A stretch of DNA of 64,000 bases from Carcharhinus amblyrhynchos (lineage: Eukaryota). This document shows positions 23,900-37,006 of this stretch, piece after piece (position 1 is the stretch's first letter; each line of letters opens with the position of its first letter). The position numbers and the translations under genes were made by a program. The stretch lies in contig OZ336880.1 in assembly GCA_965287045.1 (NCBI GenBank), forward strand, positions 4,712,001 to 4,776,000. The letters are read 5' to 3'. Under the pieces are notes generated by a model that was not told the origin of the DNA, searched no databases, and saw only the letters and a list, made by a program, of their open reading frames with translations.

Positions 23900-25109
23900 G
23901 TAATGTTGTTTTGAATGCATGTGCATTAAAGATTAAGTGATCATCATTCTGGTTTGTTTGTGATGTGTTCCAAGCTGAACAATATGATGAATGGTCATTT
24001 ACTTAGGTAATGAAAAGCTGCTTCTGTGCATATTCCTGACACACAACTAGATTGTAGGAGATATTGAATATCAGATAGTTTTTTAAAATTTATTTTTGGG
24101 ATGTGAATGTTACTTGCAAGACCAGGATTTGTTATGCATTCTTAATTTCCCATGAGAAGGTGATTCCCTTTGGCCTGTTGTGCCTGCTGCCTGGAAGAGT
24201 GACTCACCTGGTCCCACACCTTCACATTTTCCTCAGCCTTGCAACTCCTCTTATTTCAGATAATTATACAATTCTCTTTTGAAGGTGTCAATTTAATCTG
24301 TCTCTGCACTTCTGGGAAAAATATTCTAGATCCTATCCATGTGTTTCTGTTGTCAGTTGCTTTTGGTTGGTGTTCTTTGGTTCTTGACATTTGTCAATGG
24401 GAATGGTTTCCCCCTATCCGTCCAGACTTCTCACAATAGAGCTAAGCCTCATTATGCCTCATGGCTGATTTACCTGGTTTCATTACTTTGAGCCTTTCAG
24501 AAGTGAGACAGCTTGCCTCAAGGGAAACATTACTTGTTTAACAGTTCTTTCTCTCTGATCTATTCTGCCAATTGCATATTTTTTATTTACCTAAGATAAA
24601 TGTTTAAAAAGTCTGGATGATTTATACTTTTATAGGTCTATAGTAAAAGCTATTTTTATGAATGAAAATTTTAAAGTTTTTTAACCTGCTGTTGTTACTA
24701 ATAGGGTTAATTGGTTCTATGTGGGTGAATGGCATGGAAATGATTGTCATGGAGTATATGAGGAGTCATAAAGGGTAGATGGGGGTGCATGAGGTGGCAT
24801 GAGCTCACATGGAGGGGTGTGAGGGCAGGAGGGTTGTTTTTGTCTTGTTTCAGTGTTTTCTTAATATAATGGGAAGAAGTCTCAGAGCACTGAGGCAGAC
24901 TTTTTGAACATCCATCTCAGCATTTGATTGCTCATGTGGCTGCCTCTGAACTCTTTCTGAGGGCGGCGGGCGGGTCTGACTCCTGTTATTGCTGTACCCA
25001 AACCACAGAATGGAAATCCTGCCTTTGCAGAACCTTTCTCCCAAAGTGGGTGTGCTATGCCGGGAAATTACCTAATTCCTGTCAACTACCTTGAAGGTGA
25101 AAATCCAAC

Positions 25110-26990
25110 CCTTAATCTTCCTCTATTCTGAAATTATGAAAAACAACTGTTCACCACTACTTTGTTTCCTGTTACTCAGCCAAATTTGCATCCATGCTCC
25201 TGCTGTCTTTTTTATTCCATGGGCTTCAAATTTGCTGACTTGTGTAGCCCTTTGTCAGATGTCTTTTGGGAGTCCATGTTCATCACATCAATCGCATTAC
25301 TTTCATTAACCCCCTCCATTACCCCATCAAAACCTCACTTAAATTAGTTGGATGTGATTTCTCCTTAACAAATATGGGCTGGGTTTCCTTAGTTAATCCT
25401 CATTTATCCAAGTGACTTAATTTTGCCCTGAATTATTGTTTCTGAAAGTTTTCTCGCCACCGATCATAAACTTAGCGGATTGCAGTTGTTGGACTTATTC
25501 TTGCACCCTATTTTTGAACAAAGGTGTTACATTTGCAGCTCTCCAGTTATCTGGTTCCTGCATCACAGAGAGAATGGGTGATACGGTGGTTAGCATTGCT
25601 GCCTCTCAGTGCCAGGGACCTGGGTTCAATTCTAGCCTCGGGCTTTTAAAAAAGTTTGTGTTAGTGTCACAAGTAGGCTTACATTAATATTTCAATGAAG
25701 TTTCTGTGAAAATCTCCTAGTTGTCACATTCTGGCGCCTGCTTGCATACATAAGGGAAAATTTAGCACGGCCAATCCACCTAGCCTCCGCGTCTTTGGAC
25801 TGGGTGACTGTGTGAAGTTTGCATGTTCTTCCCCTGCATGGGTTTTCTCCAGTTTCTTGCTACAGTCCAAAGATGTGTGGGTTAGGTTGATTGGCCATGC
25901 AAAAGTGCCCCTTAGTGTTGGGGATTAGCAGGGTAAATATGTGTGTTTATGGGGATAGGGCCTGGGTGGGTTTGTTATTTCAGAGTCGATGGTCAAGTGG
26001 CCTCCTTCTGCACTGTAGGGGTTCTATTATAATGGCCAGGGTCTACACAATTTCCACACACACTTCCCTTGGTATACTTCAATTCTGTATGTCCGATTCT
26101 GATTACTTACCAACTGTAACTACAGTCAGCCCATTGAATACTTCAATTTGTAAACCATGCAGTGTTTCAGTTACCTCCTATTTCACTATGACTTGGGCAT
26201 CACCTTTCTTAATGATAGATGCAGAGCATTGAGTTAGTGTCTCAGCCATCCTATCTGTCCTGATGCGTAACTCCTCTTTCAAGTCCCCAATTAGCTATAC
26301 TTTCCTTTTACTATTTATATAAAAATAGACTTTCATATTACCCTTTTATATATGTAGTCTCTGCTCATAACCTCTCTTTGCTTCTCATTTCTTTTTTCCT
26401 CTCTTTTTATATTTGGCATGATTCTCAATTGTAATGTTCTGATGTCTGTCATATGCATTATTTTTCTGCTTTGGATTTGTTTGCCTTACCTTTCCCCTTT
26501 GATGTACACAAGCTATCTCCTCTTCTTGAAGACAGCCAATTGTTCTGTTACAATTTTGCCAGCCAGTTTTTTGATTGCAGTTAATCTGGGCTGGATCTGT
26601 TCTCTTCCCATTGAAGTTAGTCCTTAATTAATCCTTTCTAACTCTGGATTGCTCCTTGTTCTTTTCCATTGCTGACCTAAACCTTATGATACACTGCTGA
26701 TCACTGTCTTCCTTCCTTGTTGGGCCAGAAACACAATTTAGAAAATACTCCACATCATTAACTCTTTTCCTTTTCTATTCTTTGCACCAGTTGCAGATTT
26801 GTTTCCCTATATCTTTCTCATTAGATGATGGCTACAGTATACCCAGCAGTGTAATGGCACTTCCACTGTTTCTCAACTCTAACCAAATAGATTCTGCCCT
26901 TGACCCTTCTGGGACATCATCTCCCTAGGATGTCTGTGATATTCTCATTAATCAGTATTGCTACCCCTTCCATTTTCTTTTAGTCCCTAA
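25110..26990 (-). mobile_element. Decayed CR1-like LINE carrying a nested SINE
   Basis: Pyrimidine-rich antisense LINE sequence (ccctatttttgaacaaaggtgttacatttgc, matching the ANVTPLFK motif on -). Confidence 0.6.
25572..26030 (+). mobile_element. HE1/V-SINE-like SINE interrupted by an inverted SINE tail fragment (about 25645-25800)
   Basis: Head gtggttagcattgctgcctc, inserted gtcacaagtaggcttacattaa block, then core and tail resume. Confidence 0.8.
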
Positions 26991-27263
26991 ATTTTTAGAA
27001 GACCTAATATCCTGGAATACTTAATACTCAGTCCTATCCTTTTTTTCAGTCAGGTCTCTGTTATCATCATGATACATTTCCACATGACCAACTGAACCTG
27101 CAGCTCACCTAGCTATTCACTGCACATGGTGTATTTGCATGCATGCACATTAACTTAATTTAGACCTTAAATCTTTAGGTCTTGTAACAGATATTTAATT
27201 GGAGAGTGTTGTATTGAGATAAATAATTGAGTGTATTAATTTCTTCTTCCATCCTCGAAATAG

Positions 27264-27361
27264 GTCTCCTCCTTCCGGACCTGAAATTTATAGAGGCTTG
27301 TCTTCGATGTCTTCGCACCATATTGACGAGCCCTGTGACACCAGTGGAGGTACTCTATACA
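27264..27361 (+). CDS. ARMC8: ARMC8 exon 5 ([33 protein letters not shown])
   Basis: aatag| acceptor, |GTAAGT donor, 98 nt. Confidence 0.96.
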
Positions 27362-27442
27362 GTAAGTACAACATTTCAAATGCCTGAGTAGATTTTGTAG
27401 TTATTGCGTTTCTGTTTACAAGGGCATTTCAATTCTTTGAAC

Positions 27443-27675
27443 ATAGAATCTACAGTGCAGAAGGAGGCTATTTGGCCCATCAAGCCTGCACCAACAACAA
27501 TCCCATCCTATCCCCCTAACCTCACATATTTGCCCTCTGACATAAGGCACAATTTATCAAGGCCAATCAACCTAACTTGCACATCTTTGGACTGAGGGAG
27601 GAAACCGAAGCATCTGGAGGAAACTCACTCAGACACGGGGAGAATGTGCAAACTCCACACAGTTACCCAAGGCTG
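27443..27675 (-). mobile_element. HE1/V-SINE-like SINE
   Basis: catagaatctacagtgcagaaggaggc...acatctttggact...aaactccacacag. Confidence 0.85.
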
Positions 27676-28067
27676 GATGTCTTATTTAAAGACATTATTT
27701 TGTGATGAGACGCAAATTTTATTTTCCCCACTCGGTTCTTGTTTTTAACTAGTTTTTCCTTTGCTCCGTTCATTTAAACAGGAGTGCTTACCCAAAGGGT
27801 ATAAGGCCACACACACATCTCTAGAGGGCTTCTGTTGCATTGCCTCTTGCTGGCTGACATAGCAGCAAAATTGTTGCCTGCTTTTAGCTATAAGTAATGT
27901 AGTGCTCCTTACAATCAACTAGCAAGGAATAAGAAACTGAGGTGGAGGGAGTGAGGGAACGTGCACCCTGTCAAATTTATTGGTGTGTTGGAAGTTTCAG
28001 GAAACCCAGTTATTTCTTTAAAGATATACAGTATTTTAATTTTTTTTTGTTTTGATACTGTCCCTAG

Positions 28068-28160
28068 GATGTTACTGTGGTTCCACATCTCATGTCCTTG
28101 CTCAGTAGATCTCGATATACACAGGAGTACATCTGTCAGATTTTCTCCCATTGCTGCAAG
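28068..28160 (+). CDS. ARMC8: ARMC8 exon 6 ([31 protein letters not shown])
   Basis: tccctag| acceptor, |GTAAGA donor, 93 nt. Confidence 0.96.
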
Positions 28161-28689
28161 GTAAGAGAGTTTAATAGAAATAGTGAATTTTGTTTGTAAA
28201 GACACATAAACTGAAAAATCTTCAAGTGTCATTGCTGACATTTTAACTGTAATCTCAAAGTCTGTCATAAATCATTTTAATTATTGTGTTAAACCATATA
28301 TAATGAACCTGTAACACATTTGACAAAATAGTGTGAACATGTGTTCTTGGAAAAGCACGTGCAAGCACTTGTAGCTTCAATTTATTCCACAGGAATCTGT
28401 GATCTTTTCTTTTTATTTGTGCTTTACTTCACTGAAATTGTGAAGGAATCAAAGGATTTTACATAAGTTTGTTTCAGCCCAGGGACCGATCTGCAGGTGA
28501 TGGGATGAAACTTAATTTGACCAATTTCAACTGACGACAGAATAGCAGCACAAGTTTGTCCAATTCAACAAAATGGGTGTCCTTTTTAGTGAGAGGTTTA
28601 GGTGGGGAGAAACACTAGTGGAGGAAAATTATCTAAGGACAGGAGTAAGGCATATTGGGGAGAAGTAACTTCATCCTTCATGTTTTAAG

Positions 28690-28975
28690 TTTATTTATTT
28701 TTTAGTGTCACAAGTAGGCTTACATTAACATGGCAATGTGAAAATCCCCTAGTCGCCACACTTTGGTGCCTGTTTGGGTATGTTGAGAGAGAATTTAGTG
28801 TGGCCAATCTATCTAACCCGCAAGTTTTTGGACTGTGAGAGGAAACTGGAACCCCCGGAGGAAACCCACACAGATACAGGGAGAATGTGCAGCCTCCTCA
28901 CAGTCACGCAACCTGGGAATTGAACCTGGGTCCCTGGTGCTGAGAGGCAGCAGTGTTAACCACTGTCCCACCATA
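28690..28975 (-). mobile_element. SINE, same subfamily as 8960-9250
   Basis: gtcacaagtaggcttacattaaca...ctagtcgccacac...gaggcagcagtgttaaccac. Confidence 0.85.
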
Positions 28976-30107
28976 CCAGCCGGTGGCCTGTTTTGTACTC
29001 GTTTTGGTGTATTTATTTGCTGCCAAAAATAGGACAATATTTCATTTTTCACCTAGATGTAAGGTATTTAATTTTGGGTGGAATAGATGAACCCCACTTG
29101 GTCACACTTTTGGATTTTGACGCCAAGTATTCTCAGCTTTAATTTCACTGCTCACTCTGGAAACTGACCTTTTTTCCCTACTCACTGGAAGATGCTGTAG
29201 ATTGACGAATAGCAAGATAAATGTAACTTGACCCACCAGCTGGGCAAAGAACCTTTGGCACTGTACTCTGATTAGAATGTGTCATAAGCCTGATCATCTT
29301 GACTTTAGAAGACAGAGGAATGTGTATCAGATTAGGGATTGGGTAGAAACCCAAATTGATAAAAAATTTAATAAATAAATGTATTTAACTTTAAAGTCAA
29401 TGATCGGAATTGGGACTACCCTTAATTATCTCCTATATTTTTGCTAGCTTCCCATGGAGATGAAGTCAGCCATATTTATTATCCAGAATAGTAAAATTAA
29501 TATTATTCAGTGTTTCTCAGTCACAACATTCAGAAGTTTAGCTTAAACAAATATGGATGCTGCTTCATAGACATCGTTACTTGGATATTTCTTTCAGCTT
29601 GGAAAATTAAAAATCTGACTTTAATTCTGAGGTTTGTGACCGGTGAAAAGGAATCCAGTTTAAAAAAAACCATTATAACAAAAGTGTGTCAATTTGTCAT
29701 CACCCTACACGGGTGGGGGGAAGAATTACCATTCTTCCTTCAGCAACTCCATACAGTTTTGACATCTGAAGAATTCAAGGAAGCATCATGTGGTGCTCAA
29801 GCATTTGCTGCAGATGTGCCTTCCGATTAGTTGCTTGTACAGGAACTTCTGACTGTGTGGGATTATAATTGCCACCGTTTACAGTTTCAAGCAGATTGTT
29901 GCGTCTACTCCGTTGACGTATTTTGGGCAGTGGTACAAATTTAGGTTCTCAGTAATCGAGGTTTGTGGAGATCTCCGAAGTGAAGTTCATGAAGTATGTT
30001 GACCTGAATCTGAGAAGCCCTCGGACAAAGTAGGTTTTCCTTCCTCTCTCAAACCTTCACTACCCAGTGGAAAGCCATTTGTATTTGCTTTCAATTTGAT
30101 TTTAATG

Positions 30108-30415
30108 AGGGCGGCACAGTGGCCAGCACTGCTGCTTTATAGCGCCAGGGACCCAGGTTCAATTTCTGCCTCGAATCACTGTCTTTGTGGCGTTTGCACA
30201 TTCTCTCTGCTTCTGAATGGGTTTCTTCCAGATGCTCCAGTTTCCTTCCACAGTCCAAAGATGTGCTGGTTAGGTTAATTGGCCATGCTAAATTGCCCCT
30301 TAGTGTTAGGGGGACTAGCAGGGTCAAATATTGGGGTTATGAGGATGGGGTGGGTTTGTTGTTGGTGATGGGCTAAATGGCCTCCTTCTGCACTGTAGTG
30401 ATTCTGTGTTCTATG
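30108..30415 (+). mobile_element. HE1/V-SINE-like SINE, near full length
   Basis: Head ggcggcacagtgg...ggttcaatt, core, and tail cttctgcactgtag...ttctatg. Confidence 0.87.
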
Positions 30416-33400
30416 TGCTCACTTAAGTGACTTAGTAAATGTCTTCAGACATTTCAGAAATGCAGAAGATTGTGCCTGAGGGAATGATTGAAGACACCAT
30501 TGAAAATGTAGAATTTGAGGAAGTTTTTCTAAGTTTTGGAAGCAATGTAAGGAGAAGATTTGAGCTGAGGGTGCAAATGTTTGAAAACGTATTGGTTTCA
30601 AATAACGCAAGGGAGGGTAATACAAAGCAAATGTTGACACAGAGGACTCGGATTCTGTAGTTTGGATAGGACAGGAATCCAAACTATCCATGGTATATTG
30701 GAAGGTATTGGATATTGGAAGGCCATGGAAGGATTTGTGCAAGATAGGATGTAGCCAGCATTTGAGAGAGCTGAAATGTACGGCAGGATGGAACATGGCA
30801 GATTAGAGAACACAGAAGAAGCTGAAGCTGTGTGTGATGAAGGTGGAGTTGGGGCAGTCATGGTACAGGTTGAAATAAACAAGTATATTGGATAGAATTT
30901 GGTGCTTTGAAGTTCAACCAAGTGTTAAAAGTAAGAATGTGGTTGCTTGCAGTTGGGTTGAGTCATACAAAAAGTGGATAGAGTTGAGATTTTGGGTGCA
31001 AAGTTATTTCTGGGAGTTGAATATATGTTAGGCATGGATGGATGCAGTACCATAGATATTGAGAATTTGATTTTCTGTTTATCTGTTTTGACTCGATTTG
31101 GGCAATACCTGTTTTTGGCACATGCCTTTAGTGCATTGAGGGTCCCATAAATCTCAACCATCTCTGCTGCATATTCCATGTTACAATTTTGACTTTCTTC
31201 CAACAATTTTAACGTCTTCACAAAACAAAGAAGGTTTCTTTCAAACCTTTGGTGTTGTGAATTGAATAGCATATCACAGAGTAGGCCCTGCCCTTTTACT
31301 GTGATATTACAGACCAGAGACCAGTTGAGCAGCCTATTTGTGCAGTTCAAAAGGCAATAATTATCCGGGTTGAATCAAGGCTTAAAATAATACTAGATTC
31401 ATTTGCAAGCAACATAATTGCACAAAAATAGGTGCAGCAATGTACCAGTAATACAATATCTGATAAGATGTAGTCAAACATCTTGGATGAAATAAGTGTG
31501 ATCCAGTGACTTGGCTCATATAAAATTGTATTCTCATCTTTGAAACCCAAGTATATGTAGTTGTAGGCCAGATGGGTTTTCCAGCATGATAAAGTATCAA
31601 ATTATTAATCACTGTTACCATTTTGGTATACAGAGGTTTCTTAATGAAGTAGATTTTAAGACCTTGAGTGTGAATATTTCCCCAGTCAACAAATTTAAGT
31701 TAATGGTTAACCAGTTGCGTTAACAGTTTTCCAAATGTTCTAGTTGGCGGGATGTTTTGGTGCCGGTGACCCGGGGGAAGGGGGATGATGGGCGACGGGG
31801 GTGGCTGCACTGAAAGTGAAATCCTATTGACAGCAGTGGGACCAGAAGATCCCATTGCCAGCTGATGGTGGGCTGCTTCTACTGCCTCAAGATGCACCAC
31901 CAGGGGGAATGTGGAAAATCCCACCAACCATCTCAAAAGGGATTGAGCTGGCTATTTCATAATCCTGCAACAAAATTAATTTGCAATTAACGGAAATATT
32001 ACCAAACAAAGGAAATTAGTTGAACCAGATTATTCTCATCGAAAAACCTACCTTGACAATTTTATCTACTGGCTGTTCATGAAGTAAAGAAGCTGCATGT
32101 TTAGAAACAACAGGAAATATTTTTTCCTCCACATTTGTTTGTCAACCTAAGGTCATGCAAAATGATACAATTTGGAAGTTTTCCCTATTTGATGCAAATC
32201 AAAGTTCTGCTTCTGTTGTACCTTGGCTCAGTTTGGATTGCATCTGCATTCAGAAGGGGGAAGCTAATGGTGTTCTCTGGTACTTGAAGTAAGCACTGTT
32301 TGTTAGGTCTGTTGACTAATGCAATGGCATCAGCCCATTGCTGCCTCTACTTGCACAGTGTCACAGATCTGATTCAGAATTGCCAAATAAGGATCATTAC
32401 ATCCCACCTCCTTTTGTTTTCTCCTCCTCACTTCCACGATACAGCATAATGCTTCTGAATACTTTTAAGCTTCAAGTTGGAAAGATAAATTGTGGAGAAC
32501 TAATAAGAGTGCTTGTTGAGAGGAAATCCCTAGGCATAGTAAGGGGAATTAAGATTGGGCCAATTCTGTTCTGGAAGAAGTTAGTGTGGTGGATTGTGTG
32601 ATGCTGTGAGAGAGGAAATTGTGATTTATAAGCAATGGCAGTGAGTTAGTGTCTTCTGGCCGATTAACATAGATTCTAGTGTAAAACAAAAGCTCAATAT
32701 TATACTTTCCAATTATTAATCACTAACTGGATTTATTTTACATTATACGTTTCCAGTTTATACTTGGTTGTGTTTAATTGTATTTGTTTTTTACAGCTCA
32801 GTTTATGGCAGTTCTGAGTCTGAGTTGAACGCCCAATTTTATAATTTAACAATGAGTACTGGCTGTTTCTGAGTACTTCTTTTTATTTGCGTGCTATTAC
32901 TGATTAAATTTAACTACAGCATTAGATTGTTGCACCCCACGACCTGGCAGTAATTCTCATGGTAAAGCGATGAGCTTTTACCATCTTTCAATCATCAGAT
33001 ATTTAAAATTCAAACTTAATGCTGCTTGTTCACCATCTCCTAATTTACTCTGTCTTCTCCTTTGCCCATCTGTCTGCATTTCTGACTAAATCAAGTCAAT
33101 AAGAAGAACTTGAAGTTGCTATTATGTGTTACTTTTAATCTTTGTTATTGACTGGCCCTTTGCTGTAGCTTCATTTTTAAAATAATAGTTCAGCTATTTT
33201 TAAGTTTATTGTTGACATAATGTAAGGAATATTGTTTTAATGACATTTGAAGAAAACTCATCCTTTTTGCTTTTTTTTTGAAAGTATACAATTTTTAAGT
33301 CAATTCCTTTCTGCGTGGATAGATTTTTATCCTTTCAATCCAAACTAAAAAGGGGCTATATATGCCCTTCAAGTATTAACCATATAGTTGTGTTTAATAT

Positions 33401-33494
33401 GTGGATGATACTTTTTCCTGTTTTCCCTCTCTAAACTTTGCTTTGGCAAGTGAAGTGGAACAGAAATATTATATTGTCTCTTTGTCTTTGTTAG

Positions 33495-33575
33495 ACTCCG
33501 GAGCACCAGGCTGTGTTGTTCACCCATGGTGCAGTTCAGAACATTGCCCATCTACTGACTTCATCTTCATACAAA
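33495..33575 (+). CDS. ARMC8: ARMC8 exon 7 ([27 protein letters not shown])
   Basis: tttgttag| acceptor, |GTAAGT donor, 81 nt. Confidence 0.96.
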
Positions 33576-33844
33576 GTAAGTGCTTGGAAATTATGTAGAG
33601 AAGAAATATTTGGTAAAGATATTTTAAGTTCGGCCAAGAGCTCTAGAGTAAGAATTTGTGTACTGCACTCTGTAACAGAAATGTCCAATTTTTTGAAGAA
33701 CAGTTTTGTTTTTGAAAGCAAACATTCTTTTGAATTATCTCTTAATGATCAAAGCTTTTTTTGGTGTATCTTTGTCTATTACCTGGGCTGTTCAACAGCA
33801 TTCTAGGAAAACGTCAAACTGTTTCAAATGATGCTAGAGAACCA

Positions 33845-34165
33845 GCTAGGGGAAGCAGTCAGGATTTTGTACATTTCAAAGAGACTTCCTCTCGTTCGAA
33901 TGAATACAGATCTAGTTAACCCAATCTCTGCTCGTATGACAATCCTGCCATTCCAGGAATCAGCCTGGTGAACCTTTGTTGTACTCCCTCTATGGCAAGT
34001 ATATCCTTTCTTAAGTAAGGAGACCAAAACTACACAGCATACTCCAGATATTGATCCACCAGGACCTTGTACAGCTGCAGTAAGACACCCTTGCACCTGT
34101 ACTTAAATCCTCTTGCAATGAAGGCCAGGATATCATGTGCCTTCCTAACTGCTTGCTGCACTAGT
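33845..34165 (-). mobile_element. CR1-like LINE fragment
   Basis: - strand resembles the CR1 ORF2 C-terminal region (LEYAVxFWSPYLRKDI...QQRFTRLIPGM). Confidence 0.75.
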
Positions 34166-34530
34166 ATACAATGAGCTGAAGTAACAGTGGAGGTGGAAAA
34201 AGTCAACTCTTATGATGCAGGGAGTATTGGGTCTGACATTTAGTGCAAGGTTAATCGAATAGGATGTTGAGGTTGCAAATAGTCTACTGTAACCTACAGT
34301 GGCCAATTGTAGGGATTGAGTTGGCGATGACAGCTTCCCAGTGTTAAGCTTAATGAAAGTGTCCTTTCTAAGACTGTATGTTTGGCAAGAGAGATATTGT
34401 GAAGTAGCTGGAGAGGCAGAGCTGGGTCCTACCAGCATAAATGTGAAACTTTTTATAGCTTAATCTTAAACTGTCTTAAATGTAAATATATTGATAATTG
34501 AAGTATTTATTCAATTTTGTTTCTCAATAG

Positions 34531-34606
34531 GTTCAGATGCAAGCATTAAAATGCTTTTCAGTCTTGGCTTATGAAAATCCACAAGTTTCTTTGACTCTTG
34601 TAAATG
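34531..34606 (+). CDS. ARMC8: ARMC8 exon 8 (VQMQALKCFSVLAYENPQVSLTLVN)
   Basis: tctcaatag| acceptor, |GTGAGT donor, 76 nt. Confidence 0.96.
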
Positions 34607-35214
34607 GTGAGTAGTGTATTTTGTTGAGTTCCTTTGTCTGCTTTTTTTCTCTGTTCTATATCTTTTCCAGAAGCATGACTTGTTACGTTTTGCATAACTA
34701 GAATTTATATGGAATCAAGTGTGTAAGTTGAACCTTGTGTTTTTATAGAGCTATAACCATGGTACCTAGCATTTTAGTAGAATATTTTTCACGGGGCTAT
34801 TTAGTCAGGTGCTAGCCTGATGTCTTAAGTAGTTTTGTTCTTACAAATTTTGATAAACCAGTTTTACAAAAGAAGTTTAAAATCAATTCAGTCTGCTTTC
34901 CCTCTACATGAATATCCTTTGTCTGAAGTAATGTTTATTTTGGTGATCAGAGGCACCCTCTGCTGTTCTAGGCCTGTGATTGCAATAATGTTGCTATTCT
35001 ATCCTTTTTAGGATTCAAAGCCACAGGTGATTTTCATATTAGTATTTGATTGGGCTTTATTAGCTGATATTTGTTTATTTTTGTTTAAGTATGATTAATC
35101 CAACATTTGCTGTTTCCGTCAGTGAAGTAAAAGCTGCTACAAAACCAATGCAAACATCCTCTGTCAAAGGTTTTGCTTGCAACTTCTCCAATGATTCATA
35201 TTTTTCTGTTTTAG

Positions 35215-35305
35215 TGTTGGTGGATGGTGAGTTATTACCCCAAGTATTTGTGAAGATGATGCAGAGGGATAAACCTATTGAAATGCAGCTGACATCTGCA
35301 AAATG
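35215..35305 (+). CDS. ARMC8: ARMC8 exon 9 ([30 protein letters not shown])
   Basis: ctgttttag| acceptor, |GTACCT donor, 91 nt. Confidence 0.95.
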
Positions 35306-35569
35306 GTACCTATTCATTTTTTTCATTACTGACATTTTGTTAAAGGTGCATATCTTGCCATTTACATTAAATAGGTAAATTGCTTCCACAACTTTAGATC
35401 ACAGCTGTTCCAAACATTATGGTTTATGGTATAATATTTGAGGATATTTGCTTTGTTCTAATATGTCAGTGGAGTTTATTGTCTACTCGATATAATTAAT
35501 GAACACAAAATAAATGCTGAACATTCCAATTATTTCTGTAAGTTACATTACAATTTTATTATTTTACAG

Positions 35570-35630
35570 TTTGACTTACATGTGCAGGGCTGGTGCAATC
35601 CGGACAGATGATAACAGTATAGTTTTAAAG
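35570..35630 (+). CDS. ARMC8: ARMC8 exon 10 (CLTYMCRAGAIRTDDNSIVLK)
   Basis: attttacag| acceptor, |GTTGGT donor, 61 nt. Confidence 0.95.
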
Positions 35631-36148
35631 GTTGGTATGAGGTTTCAACAGTACAATCAACCTGTTTGCTCTCTTTCTCTCTCTCTTTCCCTCCCCCACC
35701 CGCCCTTCAATATCTCAGCTGTAGTCAGAACCACAGCTGAGATATTGTACAAGAAAAACATTCTTCTTCAGTGTGACGAAAAATCCGAGTATCCACATTG
35801 GGGAAAGAGGTGATGAGTAGAAATCACTTGATTCCTATTGAGAAAATTCTGTTGAAGTAAGGCTGCTTCAAGATGTTCCATCTTGTTTCAGAATCCAGGA
35901 TGACGATGTTCCATGTTTTCTTGCTGTTTTTCTTCTTCACAGTAATTATTAGGCAAGTTAAGCTGTATAGTTGAGTCAGTTATTCTTTGTCTTGCTTAAG
36001 AACAATTTGGATCTGAAGCAAGCACCAGGGATTGCAGTTGGAGGAGGGTTTCAGCAGAATGCACCCTTATTTCATAAGCTACTACCATTCAGTAAACAGT
36101 TTTTGCTTTTTATCTTTCCATTTTAGCAAACAAACTCTTCAAGTTCAC

Positions 36149-37006
36149 AGGGGCGTTTCTCCCAATCGCTTTTTCCACCCTCCGCCAGGAGTGGTTCACT
36201 CCACTGGGGTTTACAATAGCTCCCCACTAATAGGGAAATAGTGGCTGACCCTGCAGGAGTAAAGGGAGGTCATGGAGGAACACCACCCCCCCCCACCCCG
36301 GAGGTCAGGGGAGAGAGGCAGTGCCCACTGGGCTTTGCCAGTCTGGCTCACTGACACTGCCCAGGGGGTAAAGTGGCAATTTCCAAGGGGCACCTTTGCA
36401 CTGCCTGCAGGGCATCAGGCAGTGCCAAGGGTGTGGGGCCCATGGAGCAGGGCCTGTTGGGGGAAATCAATGCCACTCTGCAATTAAGATCAGTAAAAAG
36501 TCTGACAACACCAGGTTTAAGTCCAACCGATTTATTTGATAGTACACGCACTCAGTGTACTATCAAATAAATCGGTTGGACTTAAACCTGGTGTTGTCAG
36601 ACTTTTCACTGTGTTTACCACAGTCCAACGCCGGCACATCCACATCATTAAGATCAGTAGCAGAGAAGGGAGGACAGTGATTACGGTTGGCCCAGACACA
36701 CGTGGGAGGCCAGTGATTGGGAGGTGGAGGGTGTCCGAGATGCAGCGATTGGGAGGTTGGCAGTACGGGGCTACTGCGCATGCTCCAATTTCTGTCCTGA
36801 CAGATTGGCGCATGTACAGAGGCCCGCTCAGTGCAATGCTGTCGGCTTCCCTCATGGGAATAGTCCCCCCCACCCTGGATTTTTATCGTGATTCACGATG
36901 AGGCACTGTGCAGTACTCAGTGTCAGAGATTCATTTTGCAAATGAGTTACTCCGGTTTTTACACAAATTCAGCACTTCGATGTTTTTTGGGAGAATCCCA
37001 GCCCCC
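36149..37006. mobile_element. GC-rich non-autonomous (MITE-like) element hosting a Penelope-derived insert
   Basis: Imperfect terminal inverted repeats (ggggcgtttctcccaa ... ttgggagaatcccagcccc), non-coding GC-rich interior. Confidence 0.5.
36496..36646. mobile_element. Penelope pseudo-LTR-derived inverted-repeat insertion
   Basis: 52-bp perfect arms; sequence related to the terminus at 6961-7050; flanked by ATTAAGATCAGTA direct repeats. Confidence 0.8.

Noticed and set aside
23984-24039. C-box ATGATGA and D-box CTGA after exon 4 as a snoRNA
   Set aside because: No terminal stem, too short, and no recognisable rRNA antisense element.
30420-31670. Cluster of 70-140 aa ORFs in intron 6
   Set aside because: No splice-consistent structure or family match; more likely very old LINE debris.
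36272-36901. Overlapping ORFs on both strands sharing VKSLTTPGLSPTDLFDST
   Set aside because: Consequence of the palindrome and the GC-rich host repeat.
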